Assembly: GCF_006345805.1 (NCBI RefSeq)
Contig: NC_043000.1
Span: 60,760,001 to 60,824,000 of the forward strand
DNA: 64,000 nt
From: Octopus sinensis
Lineage: Eukaryota
Direction of reading: 5' to 3'
Position numbers and translations under genes: made by a program. Position 1 is the first letter of the stretch, and each line of letters starts with the position of its first letter. A model generated the notes under the pieces. That model searched no databases and was not told the DNA's origin. It saw nothing but the letters and a program-made list of their open reading frames with translations. Shown in pieces: positions 1 to 13,400 of the stretch.

Positions 1-330
1 ATAAAAAAAATCAAACATGTTTTGCTCAAGAATCTCTTAGCAAAGCTGATCACATTTAAGCTTCTGTTTCTCATCTCATGAGCTGGAAGCTTCTCAGACT
101 GTACCTTTGAAATGTAAACTCATAAAGCTTTCTCTGACCCACACATTGTCAATCAACTCTGGTATATATCAATGTTTATTTATGTCCACCACACTTTTCA
201 ATCTTTATATCAATGACTTACTTGCAGCCTTTGACAAAGTTCACTTCTATACAAATAATACCACTTTTCACTTCACTCTAACTTTCTGCATATAGACACC
301 ATCTACATGCAACCCAGACACCTCATATCA
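1..330 (+). mobile_element. Decayed LINE reverse-transcriptase fragment
   Basis: ORF 107-295 SINSGIYQCLFMSTTLFNLYINDLL...HFYTNNTT resembles the LINE RT motifs (xNSGVPQGSVLxPTLFxxYINDL...YADD) with the catalytic residues degraded. Confidence 0.5.
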
Positions 331-559
331 AACTTACACTGCATCCACAAATAAATATGAAAGCATACTTCAACAGGGGCATGATAAACTCGTTATTTTT
401 CAATTACATAACACATAATAATTGCAAATATTAAGGAAATAATTCTATACCACAATCTCTCTACTCTTGGATATATATATATATATATATATATATATCA
501 AAAGGAAAATGGTAAATTCCCTATATATGAAGTGTTACTGCAAAAATATGGATACTCAT

Positions 560-2430
560 TTCACCATTATATAAGAGAGAACTGGAAATAATAACTGGAT
601 AACAGCTTTATCATTTGGAAGGATACCATTGATAAACTTTGGGAATTCATTCAAATCAATACTAAATAATATAAACCATAACATTCAATTCACAATGGAA
701 TGTAGCAAAGAACAGCTCCCTTTCTTGGATATTCTTTTCTACTTTAGGCACAAGGCCTGGAATTTTGGGGGAGGGGCTAGTTGATTAGATCGACCCCAAT
801 ACACAACTAGTACTTAATTTAACGACCCTAAAAGGATGAAAGGCAAAGTTGATCTTAGCAGAACTCAGAAAGTAAAGACAGATGAAATAGCATTAAGCAT
901 TTCGCCCTGTGTGCTAACATTTCTTCCAGCTCGTCGCCTTCCCTTTCTTGAATATTATGATAAAAAAAGTTGACAACCAAATTATAACTGACATTTATCA
1001 TTAACCAACAGACTTGAAGCAATATCTTCTATTTAGCTCATATCACCCGAAACACACCAAAAGAAATATCCCCTTTAATTTAGCAAAAAAGATTTGCACT
1101 ATAGTGTCCGACAGAAATACTCAGGACCTTTGTTTTCAAGGCCTCAGAACAATACTAACTGAAAGACAATATCCACCCTCACTTATAGATGATGAAATTA
1201 AGCTCGCCAAGAAATTAGACATTAAAACACCAAGAGCAACAAAACGTAACACCACACCTCATCTCAAAACACTACTGCATATATCAACTCACAACCATAG
1301 AAACAATGAGGCATACAACACTATTGTACAAAATGTACCTATGCTCACTAGAAATCCAAAAATTAACAACATTCTCTAAACACATGAATTCACCAAATGC
1401 AAAAAGCAACACAAATTACTAAAAAGACTTCTAACAGATGTGAAGCTTTACACAACAACCATGAAACCAACAGTTAAAAAGTGTGAACACCTAAATTGTG
1501 GAACATGCCCCAACCTACTGGAAAGTTCAGAGTTCCTAGTCAAACAAGAAGAGAAGTTCACAATTAAAAACAACTTCACTTGTGCTCCCAAGAATCTAAT
1601 TTACCTTATACCTTGTTCAGGTTGTGGACATAACTATATAGAACAGATAAGTATGACACTGAGACAGAGAACCACACTACATAAGGAACAGATCTGGTCC
1701 CCACAATACAGACAAATTCCTTTGAGTGAACACATGGAAAGATATGCAGGTAATATCCAACCAAACTTTACAGTTTTCCCCATCTATCAGTGCAAAGAAA
1801 CAATTACTATACAAGAACGTTTAAATAAAGAAAATTTGTTCATTGAAAAATACAGAACATGTCTAAATATGAACACATAACCAACTTTGATCTCAGTATA
1901 TATTTTAATTCATGATCACATACCCATCACTATACATATTTCTTCTCACTACTTCAGCTTTTGAGTTTTTGTGTATATTTATCCCTTCCCTGAAAGATAA
2001 ACAATTACACCCCTGTCCTCAATAATAACGATCGCCAATTACTTCCCCTTAGATTTTTCTACACGAATCATTCATTCATAAGCTTCTCCACACACAGCAT
2101 GGACTCAAATCTTCTGAAGAAAATATGACATTACAATAATTTCAATGTCCATGATTAGTGAAAGCGAAACAGGTCAACAAACACAATATAAAATATATCA
2201 AAAAATATATTAAAACTATGCAAAGTGTATGCATTTTCCTTCTTTTATTTCATACATATTTTTTGTATTACAACTCACCATGTAGGAATAACCAAAATTC
2301 CTTCCATGGTGTTCCTATATATGTATATATAACAGGATACGTTACAATTAAACTGCTGGAAGTCTGTGAGACCGTGTAATAATGAACATGGAAATGAAAA
2401 ATATTGTTTACAGTTTTTATTCATACGCCA
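560..2430 (+). mobile_element. Penelope-like retroelement (RT C-terminus + GIY-YIG endonuclease + 3' pLTR), decayed
   Basis: Fragments read WK..LDNSFIIWKD, NIQFTMECSKEQLPFLDI, TDIYH*PTDLKQYLLFSSYHPKHTKRNIPFNLAKKIC, then CGTCPNL...FTCAPKNLIYLIPCSGCGHNYIEQ (GIY-YIG with the Penelope CxxC insert). Contains stops and frameshifts, and a SINE interrupts it. Confidence 0.9.
734..940 (-). mobile_element. tRNA-derived SINE (about 210-bp family) inserted in the Penelope RT
   Basis: Same family recurs near 29600-29785, 34000-34170, 43815-44000, 44230-44645 and 46730-46910. Flanked by a 16-bp TSD, CCCTTTCTTG(G/A)ATATT, at 718-733 and 941-956. Confidence 0.85.
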
Positions 2431-3089
2431 GATCAGTAGGTAAGCCTTAGTAGTAGTTGGCAGTTCAGTGGTATAAGGAGGATGACAACAATGAAATGCT
2501 CAAGCACCCTTAGATGTGTGTGCCTGGGAAGAATAGCTGTTTGCCAGAAAGTGAAGACATATGCCATGTGGAATCAAAGAAAAACTAAATAGGAACTCTG
2601 TGAGTTCCTATTTATACCTATGGTGTGTGTGTGTGTGGGGGGATGACTCAATGTTTGCTTGAAAGCAAAAGGATGTATATGCTTTATCTATCCTAATTTC
2701 AAAATGACCATATAAATTTCCAAGCACTAATGCCGAAACAAAGGCAAGGATGTAGTAAAAATCTAGGTTACCGTTTCAATTTTTAACTTATAAATTCAGG
2801 AAGCAATCACACACACAGAGGCACATGTATATAGCATTCAACTAATATTTATTCAATTGTCTAAATAACTATATAACAAATTAATCTAAAAATATTTTAT
2901 TTGAAATTTTCATGATATGATTATTGATATATTTCTAAAAGATTTGCTTTAGATAAAGATTATTAAAACAACAAATATAATTATATATACTAAAGTTTCT
3001 GATCCAGTAAAACATCATCATATTATCAAAAAAAAAGTATACTCTTAATATGTATAAAATCAACAACAAGTAATATATATATATAAATA

Positions 3090-3336
3090 AATGTGCCCTT
3101 TTAAAGCCTAGCCAGGTTCATAGGCCCGGTTTCCTGGTTTCTATGGCTTATGTGTTCCCCAGCTGGACGGGATGCCAGTCCATTGCAGCGTTACTCATTT
3201 TTGCCAGCTGAGCAGACTGGAGCAATGTGAAATGAAGTGTTTTGCTCAAGAACACAACATGTCACCCAGTCCAGGAATTGAAATCCCAATCTTACGATCA
3301 TGATGCTGACACCCTAACCACTAAGCCACGTGCCTC

Positions 3337-3340
<4 letters not shown>
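3090..3340 (-). mobile_element. tRNA-derived SINE
   Basis: Minus-strand head GTGGAGGCACGTGGCTTAGTGGTTAGGGTG... with A-box and B-box-like GATTTCAATTCC. Related heads at about 11400, 26290, 27490 and 32520. Confidence 0.8.
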
Positions 3341-3379
<39 letters not shown>

Positions 3380-3674
3380 GTATGTATATACTCAAAACAA
3401 TATTACATATATACACACACACATACAAAACTAGAACTGCCTCCCTATGACTAAGGCTTCACTTTCCATCTAATGAATACTTCAGTTCTGATCAACTGTT
3501 GATTGCCTATAAAACTCACTCCCTGTTCACTACTCCTCCACAAGCTACACAGACAAAAATCCTGATTGTTCTGAACAGAAATCATCCAACTGATTGAAGT
3601 TTCTCTTAGCAAAACATTAGAACTTCTAAATGAGCTGTTTTTATATTCAGCAATAGCTAATTGCATATCTATCA

Positions 3675-4121
3675 TCATCATTCTCCCTTAATGTCCATTG
3701 TCCATGCTGGAGAGCTGCACCAGATTCCAGTCTGATTTGGCTTGGTTTATACAGCTGGATGCCCTTCCTAATGCTGACCACTTTACAGTGTGTACTGAGT
3801 GCTTTTAACATAGCACTAGCATGAGTTCTTCTATATGGCACTGGAACAAGTGCTTTTTACGAGGCACCAGCACAGGACTCTTGCATATAGTAGTCTTCTT
3901 GAATATCTCTTTTACTTTCATTATTCACACCTGACACTTAACACTATGCCTATTCCTTTCTCCCCAAAATGTGATTCCACTGGAAGGGCATCCAGCTGTA
4001 GGAACACTGCAAGATCAGACTGGAGCCTGGTGCAGCCTCCTGGATTCCCAAACCCCGGTTGAACCGTCCAATCCATGCTAGCATGGAAAACGGACGTTAA
4101 CGATGATGATGATGATGATGA
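3675..4121. mobile_element. Two opposed copies of an RTE-type LINE 3' end with (GAT)n tail
   Basis: GGAAGGGCATCCAGCTGTAG...CATGCTAGCATGGAAAACGGACGTTAACGATGATGAT on + (3975-4121) and its reverse complement (3675-3830). The family recurs more than 10 times in the window. Confidence 0.75.
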
Positions 4122-5033
4122 CTGCTCTATTCCTTAAAGTATATAAAGGCTCCATTTATTTCATCATAATTTAAACATGGTTTTAAATGCACTCATTCTG
4201 GTTCAAGTTGTCTGTGGGGTTTCTTACTATAAATAGCCTCCACCCAGCTCAACAGAATATTTTCATTCAACTTTTATTAAATCCATACCAGCACAATTGA
4301 CGTGTCTACACTGGTCGATACCTTTGAATCATCAACATTTTCAATTTATTTTGCACTCAGCCTTTCTTGAAAGTTAATGTGACACATCGAAACAATTAGA
4401 ATTGATTACTAGATTTCGATTACTGAGGAGGTTGAAGAGAAACACACATGAGAAAGAGGCAGAGAGAGAAAAAGTCAGTACAAACAATAAAAACACAAAG
4501 GAGCGAGAGAGAGAGAAAAGATCAATGGGAAAAACTGAACAGAAGCAGAAAGAAAAATTTGAGGTTAAAAGAGAGAATGAGAGATTCAGACGCAGCTTGA
4601 AAACCCAGTCAAGACTATGTATAATAAGTTTGTATTGAGTTGTTTTGTCTGAGAATGTATGTTGTGTTTATAACAATAATTTAACAATAACCCTAACATT
4701 AACTTATATGTGCATGTGTGTGTGTGTGTGCCTATCTATCTATGAAGATATGCATTATACCTCTAATAGAAACTGTGAAAGTATAATGAAATGTAGAATG
4801 AAGAATAATTGTAAACTGCTAGCATGTTGGCATCAAAAGTTTCTTTCTGTATAGTTGACAAACTATGATGCTCCATTGCAGTAAAGCAAGAACAATGTGT
4901 TGACATGTAATCCTTGTAGCAGTTGAATCTAATTATTTGGATGGGTCATCATGTTGACTTTGAAGAAAGGATGCATATAATATTAATTTAATACAGAGAG
5001 ATCAGAGCAGAATAATCTCCACTGGAGCAAATA

Positions 5034-5545
5034 CCGTAAAGCCTCGAGTATAATCCACATTTTTTCCCCAAAATTTAAAGGTCAAAATCCCTAGTGCGTA
5101 CTATATATACGAGGTTAAAAATGAAAATTATTTTCTCAGCAATGTCCGAGTCTATTTGCTGTCCGGCAATGTTTATTCAGACGCATTTTGTGATGTCAGG
5201 TGCGAAAATGCCTTAAGCTAAGCCTGAAAGCAATGAAGTCATAAAAGAATCATCCATAACTTGCAGTAAGCAACATTTATTAAACATTATTACTGTTATT
5301 TCTTTATTTTCTGCAAACAAAATGCACACAAAAGCTACACGTTTGCATTATGTTATATGTAATATAATAATAAAGGACGTTACTGTATACATTTTTACAA
5401 ACCAAGGATGTTATATAGACCTCCTTGACTCAAGTTAGAGAAGGGGTGTGTATTATACACAAGGTTTAGGTTTTTCAGAGGTACAGCACCCTAAAAACCC
5501 CCTGCGTATTATACTCAAGGGTGGACTATATTTGAGAATTTACGG
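5034..5545. mobile_element. Tc1/mariner-type MITE
   Basis: TA|CCGTAAA...TTTACGG|TA termini with imperfect TIRs of about 20 bp and a TA TSD; no coding capacity. Confidence 0.8.
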
Positions 5546-6325
5546 TATGCAACATTCTGGGTATTTTATATGCAAACACTCTAATGTTAATTTCTACTAA
5601 GTCAGTGTGTTTAAATAAATTACAACTGAATAAAAGAGGGTATGGTCATGGCTGGGATGTCTTGGATTATAGATCTGCTCATTTCAAGCTGATGAAAATG
5701 AACAATCCCAACATCTGAACAAACATTTACAGGCTCGCTGACAGTGTTGTTGTTGTTGGGAGATTTTCCCACTATTTGTAGCAGGTCAAGTGAAAGTGGG
5801 CTGTGATATACAATTTGGGCGTTTTACTTACAAGTTTAGACTAGAATACATTTTCATGAGAGCAATCAACCAGGTTTCTTTAAATGTCAACCTTGAACTT
5901 CTTAACAAGGCTATATTCAAATTCCATTGTTTAATCATTGATCAGCTTTGATCAGCAAGCCTATGATTAAGAGCATACTAGTTTTGATCATCCGATCTTT
6001 TATGATATACAAACTATACATCTTTTCTTTTGTAAGATGGTAGAGTGTGATATGAAGGAGTTTCACTGTTGTTTCTGGCAAGTTAAGTGACAATAAGTTC
6101 CCCTGGCTAACTCAGGCCATACTCAACCTCAATGACATGGTAGCAGGCAAACCGCTTCCTGCATTACACAGCAAGTCACTAAACCTTTAATTAGTTACTA
6201 ATATATTTTGTAGTACCAACTGTCAAACAGCACAAATTTTTGACCATGGCTCTGTTGTGTAATGAAATAAAGTGAAGAAATGTAAAAAAAAAAAAAAAAA
6301 AAAAAAAGAAAAAGAAAAGAAAATG

Positions 6326-6666
6326 TAACCACATGGCTCTGGGTCCCGCTGTGTAGTACCTTGAGCAAATGCCTTCCATTTTAGTTCTGGGCTGTCCAAA
6401 GCCATGTGAGTGGATTTGGTGAATGAAACTGAAAGAAGCCCTTCATATATATGTATATATCTATGTGTATGTGTCTTTGTGTTTGTCGCCCATCACCACT
6501 TGGCAACTGGTGTTGGTTTGTTTATGTCCCTGTAGTTCAGCAAAAGAAACTGATAGAATAAGTAACAAGCTTTTAAAAAATTAGGGTTGATTCATTTGAC
6601 TAAAACTCTTCAAGATGGTGTGCAAGCATGGTCGCAGTTCAATGATTGAAACAAGTAAAAGAAAAG
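6326..6666 (+). mobile_element. tRNA-derived SINE (about 400-bp family, 5' truncated)
   Basis: Body GTGAGTGGATTTGGT..GAAACTGAAAGAAGCC, internal (TA/TG)n, tail GAAACAAGTAAAAG. Other copies at about 7468-7888(-), 42450-42810(-), 49577-50100(-), 58350-58745(+) and 59583-59990(-). Confidence 0.8.
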
Positions 6667-7467
6667 TCTTTTTTTTTTTCCTTAAATCATATCTGTAGAC
6701 AAATGAAGATTGGCCTGATCAGATTTGGCTCAAATTTAGACTCTCTTCATAGGCTATAAACTAACTTTTGCCTGTCTATTGGGAAATATTGCTCATAGTT
6801 ATTTATATAGTTACTTCCGTAAATATGAACTTCAATCAATCAATAAATCCAATTAGCATATATAATGCTTTTCTGGCAGCTAGGTCAATTAAATGATCAT
6901 TGATGCACTAAGCTGCATATTTTGGGTAATGGATTTACTGATTTCTTGAAGTCTTTCTTTTTTAAGACTATATACATCACTATAAGATATATTCTGCTGT
7001 AGGCAAAGTCAAGCATTTGGTTTCTGAGAGAAAGTCTGAACTAGGACCAAATACTGGTCATGCCAGTCTCACTTTTTTGGTCCATGAAGAAATTAAGGAT
7101 AAAAAAGACTTGTTTAGATTTGTTCAATGTATTTTTAGAGCACAGTGATAGCTAGAAAACTTGTACTGTTAGATGGGGTATATTCAATATTATATTCAAT
7201 AGTATATTTCTATTAACTAAATCATGTTGTCAGCCTTTTCTGACTGCACTGGAGATACCAAAAAAAAAAAAAAAAAATGAAATGAAATCTTTTGTCCACT
7301 GGAGATCAAATAAAATGTTACTTGCAAATTGGAAAGTAAATGTAAAAAGAAAATGACTAACACAGAAGATTAAATAAAAGAAATTTTCCACACTTTATGT
7401 GGAAAGCTTAAAAGAAAACTACGTTTTAAAGTTTAAAATTTAAGCAAAAATATAGAGAACTATTATT

Positions 7468-7888
7468 CTTTTACTTGTTTCAGTCATTTGACTGCAGCCA
7501 TGCTGGAGCATTGCTTTAAAGGGTTTTAGTCAAAGAAATCGACCTCAGGACTTATTCTTTGTAAGCCTAGTTCTTCTTCTATCAGTTCATTTTGCTGAAC
7601 TGCTAAGTTACAGGGACATAAGCCCAACAGCATCAGTTGTCAAGTGATGGTGGGGAGGGGACAAACACGAATATATACATATACATTATATATATATATG
7701 TGTGTGTATATATATACACACACACAAAATGAGCTTCTTTCAGTTTCCATCTAACAAATCCACTCTCAAGGCTTTGGTTGGCCTGAGGCTATAGTTGAAG
7801 ACACTTGCCCAAGGTACCACGCTGTGGGACTGAACTCAGAGCCATGTGTTTGGGAAGCAAGCTTCTTACCACACAGCCACACCTGCAC
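7468..7888 (-). mobile_element. Full-length tRNA-derived SINE (about 400-bp family)
   Basis: Head AGGTGCAGGTGTGGCTGTGTGGTAAGAAGC and tail GAAACAAGTAAAAAGAAT on the minus strand. Confidence 0.85.
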
Positions 7889-8759
7889 CTATTAATTGCC
7901 CTATTTCATTAATCATACTTGTATCTTGCTGCATTTTCATGTCATTCAAATATTTGAATTGATTTTCTAAATCCTGAAATTATGTTTTTATAAATCTTCT
8001 AAGATGCTTCTTGCACCATAATGCACAAGCATTATGGCACAGTATTTATGACCTGCTGAATAAGTCCTTATTTTTAATAACTGACCACTATCATACGCTT
8101 ACGCGAAGTCAGAATTTTGACTGAGGGATTTTTCAGTTATTAAAATGGAACCCCAATTAGCCATTTAATTTGCACTTTTCTGCTCTACTGTTCTTATCAT
8201 TTTCACAGTATAGCATCTGTGACTAAGGCATTTAACATTCAATTGGCTAAGTTCACTAAATTCTTGTTACTAAATTGTTGTTGATGTTGTTTAAATCCAG
8301 TTTGCCCTGATTGTGCAAACCTTTGATTAAAGTGGTTATAGAAATGTAAAGCAAGGGTGTGGTGTTCACCTACTTTTTAGCTCATGGTTGGGAGGATTGT
8401 CGTGTCAACTCCCACTCCTCCTCAACCTGAGCTTCAAAAACTTTAGCATAGCTCTAATTCCTAAAACCCATTGCCATCACCAGATCAAAGATTTTCAAAT
8501 CATAAGCACCACTTCTCCTTTCTCAAGTAGCATGCATCCAAGATCACATCAATGTGACCTTCTTATTTTAAGACAGTAATGTGTAATGTGAATGTGACTT
8601 AGTCACTGTTTCTAGGAGATCAGATAGCAATGTAAAAGATCCTGTAATACAGTGAGGTAAAGTTTGTTGATATAAGCTAGTTGTATCAGAGGTTTACATT
8701 ATTTCAAAGAACTGTGAATAACAACAGCATCAAGAAGGAGTAGGAAATAGTTTACTTAC

Positions 8760-8920
8760 TTTAGGATATGGAATACGGTTGATTTTTGGATATTCATCAT
8801 CCATGTAGCCATAATATGGATATTCAAACATTCGAACACCCCTGTCATCGAAAGTAGCATAAGCAAGGCATTTGCCAGTCTTCGAAAACCATATGGCTTT
8901 GTTGCTGTAGAGAATTTCCT
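8760..8920 (-). CDS. DPP4-like: DPP4-family gene, exon 7 of 7 in window (161 bp)
   Basis: tttatCAG acceptor and GTAAGT donor. Phase 1 start gives (E)EILYSNKAIWFSKTGKCLAYATFDDRGVRMFEYPYYGYMDDEYPKINRIPYPK, matching the DPP4 EEVF...WWSPNG..LAY.F.D...YPK...PYPK segment. Confidence 0.95.
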
Positions 8921-9292
8921 CTGATAAATAGAGAGGAAGAAAGTTAGGATTAGAGAAAAAACAGAAAGAGAGACAGAGGGAGCAAGCAATAAATCATTGT
9001 ATTTATTCACATATAATGCAAGAAATCTAATGTAAAACAACAAAACAGAACAAAAAGAAAACAAAAAACTAATAGTCTAATTTGTTGGGTAACATTATAC
9101 TCAGGTGAAAAACACAAGAAATCTTTGAAAACAAAGATACTAAAGACAGTACTCATGAGACACTTAAAGACTGTGTACACTTTATTAAAGTGTGGTTGTA
9201 AAACTATTAGGTTGTTCAGATTTTTGAAAACATTTTTTTTCAAATTCGGTTCAAGATGTTATTTTTGGAGTGTTTAGACTCCAAGAATGTAA

Positions 9293-9668
9293 TCTTTATA
9301 TATAAAACTGTAGTTGTGTGAGTGTCTGTCCCCTTCGATTTAGATTCCTAACTACTCCCACATTTTGCGGTGCAGTTTAACCAAAACCGGGTATCTTATA
9401 GTCGTGATTCATATTGAGCCCTTCTACGATGAGTCTACGATTTAAAAAATAATTTATCATCATTTTCTTCCATTTTCAAGCATATTCTTTTAAAGGGAAG
9501 TAACTCTCTAAAAATGTCTACGATGAGTCAACGATTTAAAAAAAAATTTACCATCATATTTTTTCCATTTTTAATGCATTTTTTTGCTATTTTTTGGCTA
9601 TAACTCTCTAAAATGCTTATATAGTTATTTCCCTTACAAACCCGAGCAACGCCGGGCGATACTGCTAG
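9293..9668 (+). mobile_element. Non-autonomous Helitron
   Basis: Inserted as A|TCTTTATATATAAAA ... CTAG|T. GC hairpin CCCG(A)GC-AAC-GCCGGG at 9641-9656 ends 8 nt before the CTAG; no TSD; carries an internal tandem duplication. Confidence 0.85.
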
Positions 9669-10352
9669 TATAATATAATAATATAACAATACCAGACTAG
9701 ATTCAAACTGGGAACCTTAATTCCTCTTAACTAAGAATAGTGACGACCAAATCCACTTGACCACAAATGCATATACATGTACATCTGCTAACAACAACTA
9801 TCTCAAGCATTTAAACATTTAATAGTGGTGGTAACAGAAGTAGTAATAATAACAGTACTGGTAGTACCTGTTACAAATTTGTAATATCTGATTATAATAG
9901 AGTATAACTATAAACTTGTGTACATACTATGTAAGAAATCAATATTATATGTTTTCTCAAGATATATTGACTGAATATTCTTATTGAGTGCTTTCTTAAC
10001 AAATTTATTTTGGAAATGTAAACAGATATACTTTGTAACCATGTGGCTTTGGGCTTGTTTCCACCATGTAAGAATCTTTTACTATTGTCATAAGGCAACT
10101 GTTTCTTTGAGGATGAATTTAGTAAACAGAAACTGCAAGAATCCCATTGTACACACACACCTTTTATATATGAATGTGTGTGTGTGTATGCAAAAATGTA
10201 CTTGAATACTGATGTCTCTTTATGACATTGTGACTTTGCACTTAGGAAAATATTTGGGACAGAAAGTTTCATACTTGAGAAACAGGTAAGAATTGGTGAC
10301 AAGAAGAACCTCTGACTGTTAAATCCTGCCTCAAATAACTATCCAACTAAAC

Positions 10353-10403
<51 letters not shown>

Positions 10404-11097
10404 GTGGATAAAAAGGATAATTTTCCATGCTTTTTAGAGCAACATGTTTTACTTCAGTGAAATATAAACACGCTTGTCCTTCATTCATCGGCTTAGCTAT
10501 CAATAAATTAATATATTGATTTATATCATTAACAAAAAGTCACACATTTTAGAATAGAACACAGTTGGCTAAACTGACCTGAATGTTTAACTAGAATCAT
10601 TTGCCAATCCTAAATAATTCCAAACTTAAAGAGACAAAACTGAATACTATTTGTATAATATTTTGTCCAGTGTTTTATTAATTCTAACATCTACAACCTT
10701 TAAACCTTTCATAACAATATTTCTGATTAAATAAATGCATTGTATATTTATTTTCATTGTTAGTTAAAATGATTGAGAATTTGGAGGAATTTAATTGAAT
10801 AACTAAGTTTTTCATCATTAAGATGATGTTTGGAACACAAAAGGTTTTTCGATAATGGCCTTGTACCTAATTTAGAAAGGCAGCAAGCTGGTAGAGTTAT
10901 CAGTGCATCAAACAAAATGGTATTTCTCCCAGCTCTTTACCTTCTGAGTTCAAATACTGTTGAGAGTGACTTTGCCTTTCATCCCTCCAGGAGTCAATAA
11001 AATAGAATATCAATCAAGTGCTGGAGTTGATGAGATAATAACTGACCTCTTCCCTTGAAAATTGTGGGTCTTATGTCATAAATTGGCACTCCATTGT

Positions 11098-11410
11098 TTA
11101 CGATGGTAAGGGATCCAGTTGAACTGAATAATGGAACAGCCTGCTCATGAAATTAATGTAGAAGTGGCTGAGCACTCAACAGACATGCATATATTTAACT
11201 TAGTTATCAAGGAGATTCAACATGACACTGAATGTGACAAGGCTAGCCCACGGAAATACAGGTACTACTAATAAACTTTGCTAGCTGAGTGGACTGGAAC
11301 AACGGGAAATAAAGTGCCTTACTTAAGGACACAATGCACCACTGGAAATCAAACTCATGACCTTATGATTGTGAGTCAAATACCCTAACCACTAAACCAT
11401 GCACCTTCAC
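11098..11410 (-). mobile_element. tRNA-derived SINE (about 310-bp family)
   Basis: Head GTGAAGGTGCATGGTTTAGTGGTTAGGG; homologous to 26951-27497(-) and 53210-53510(+). Confidence 0.75.
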
Positions 11411-11639
11411 TGTGTCATAAACACTACAGACATGAAAGTACTGGCAGGTGGGACTGTCTGAGATGTGTACAGATCAATGAAAGCATGCTGCAGGTATTTG
11501 TGTAATGTCTGAGCATTGCTGACTTGTGGAGTTATACCAAACAGCTGTTGTTGCTTATAGAATGAATCCAGTAATTGGTTGAGTTCATCATGAGGATTAT
11601 CCATCCATCTATCTTTAACAAAGCAGGGTAGGTAGTATT

Positions 11640-12100
11640 GCTCTGTCTAGTAGCAAGTTGTGTGGTGGATGAGGCTGAAGGGAGAGAGGAAAGACACCTT
11701 CCTCTTCAGTTAAGCTCATATCAACTTTCTTAAGTTTCATTTGGAAAGGAAAATAAGGTTGGATAGGGAACTACTTGAATTTGTAAAAAGGTGGGTGACT
11801 GTGGCAAAAATGGTTATGGAGAACAACAGTTAGGTGAGGGCTTGTGCCTTTGGTGGTCTGTGGGTTTCTTTGATTAGCTTGAGTTCGAGGTTCTCTTTTA
11901 ACGAGAGGATTGCATCATTAATGTGTTCCCATACATTGTATATTATGTGTACTTTTTGTCTCACTGTCTTTTTTTTTCACTGTCTTTTCCTTTTCTTTCA
12001 CATCTTTAATTGAATGCCCTACCACACACACACACATACTGTTGACTGTCCTTGTGATGTCGCCCCTCGTCTATGTCCCTGTGGCAAATAAAAGAAACCA
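11640..12100 (+). mobile_element. Decayed L1/Tx1-like LINE 3' end
   Basis: Degenerate FLKFHLERKIRLDRELLEFVKRWVTVAKM-like frame, then a T-rich UTR ending ...GGCAAATAAAAGAAAC. Confidence 0.4.
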
Positions 12101-12990
12101 CCACCATCATCATCACTATTATATGAATCATGAACTGTTGTTTTGGATAAATTTAGAAAGAGAAAAGTCAGTTATTTAAAAACAATATATATCTATGTTA
12201 CATTTGATTGACCTGGATTATAAGTTAGTGAAGAAATCAATCCAGCTAACAGCAGTAATGGCAGCAGTTACAAGAACAGTAGAAACAAGAATAAGATGCA
12301 AAGCTTTAAACCATTAGCATCAAAGAATTGTGAAGCATGAGAAATCTCCAGGGGAAATTAATCAAGTACGATGCATTGGGAAAGAGACTATACAGCTGTT
12401 CTTAGAATCAAATACATTAATTGAAGACTTCATTTTTATACAGGTCTGAGACAATTACTACTAGAAATGATTTTGTTTATCTGCCTTTCCTTTTGTAAAG
12501 CATAAATATGATGTAAAGGAAGTTGAATTGGCTTCAACCAAGAATTGGTTGTGTTCACTCAATCTGCTAGAAATAGTAACTAAATATCCATCATATCCTA
12601 CCCTACTGTCTCAGAAAGAAAGATATGTTTATAATGTGGCTTTGGGTGAGCAGAGCTCGAATACCTTTAATTATATGTTTGCTCAACCAATCATGCCTGA
12701 TCTGGCTGCTGCCACTGCCAGCAACTTTGCTTCCAGTCAGCAAGGGATTTACTCATATTTCACGAGGCTTGACCCAATCATATTTTGTATTAATGTCTTC
12801 TTTTGATATTATGTTTTAGTTAAGATCTTAAAATATCAGAGATTAAAATAAGTAGCTAACTATTTTGATGTTCATACATTTCATAAACATTAGCATTAAC
12901 AGAGAGATGTGTAGGATGGTGAGAGGGGGGTGCTATGCTAAGAGAAGTAAAGTTGAGCTAGGAGGAATAAATGAACAGGTAAAAAGAGGA

Positions 12991-13400
<410 letters not shown>

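Noticed and set aside
3510-3640. Minus frame SWMISVQNNQDFCLC resembles DPP4 QWLRRIQNYSVMDIC, with a GTGAGT donor
   Set aside because: It lacks the conserved YxxxVxW upstream, the acceptor has no pyrimidine tract, and the required intervening AGxxNP exon was not found in 3700-8759. Probably chance, though RNA-seq would settle it.
7919-7973. 55-bp pseudo-exon (CAG...GTATGA) encoding DLENQFKYLNDMKMQQDT
   Set aside because: No similarity to the expected next DPP exon and the wrong exit phase.
8103-8135. NPSVKIL peptide with a GTAAGC donor, resembling DPP4 NPTVKF
   Set aside because: In-frame stops immediately upstream and no acceptor; it lies inside an inverted repeat.
8756-9064. 102-aa ORF in the track overlapping the DPP exon
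   Set aside because: Wrong frame; the spliced phase-1 frame gives the conserved DPP4 peptide.
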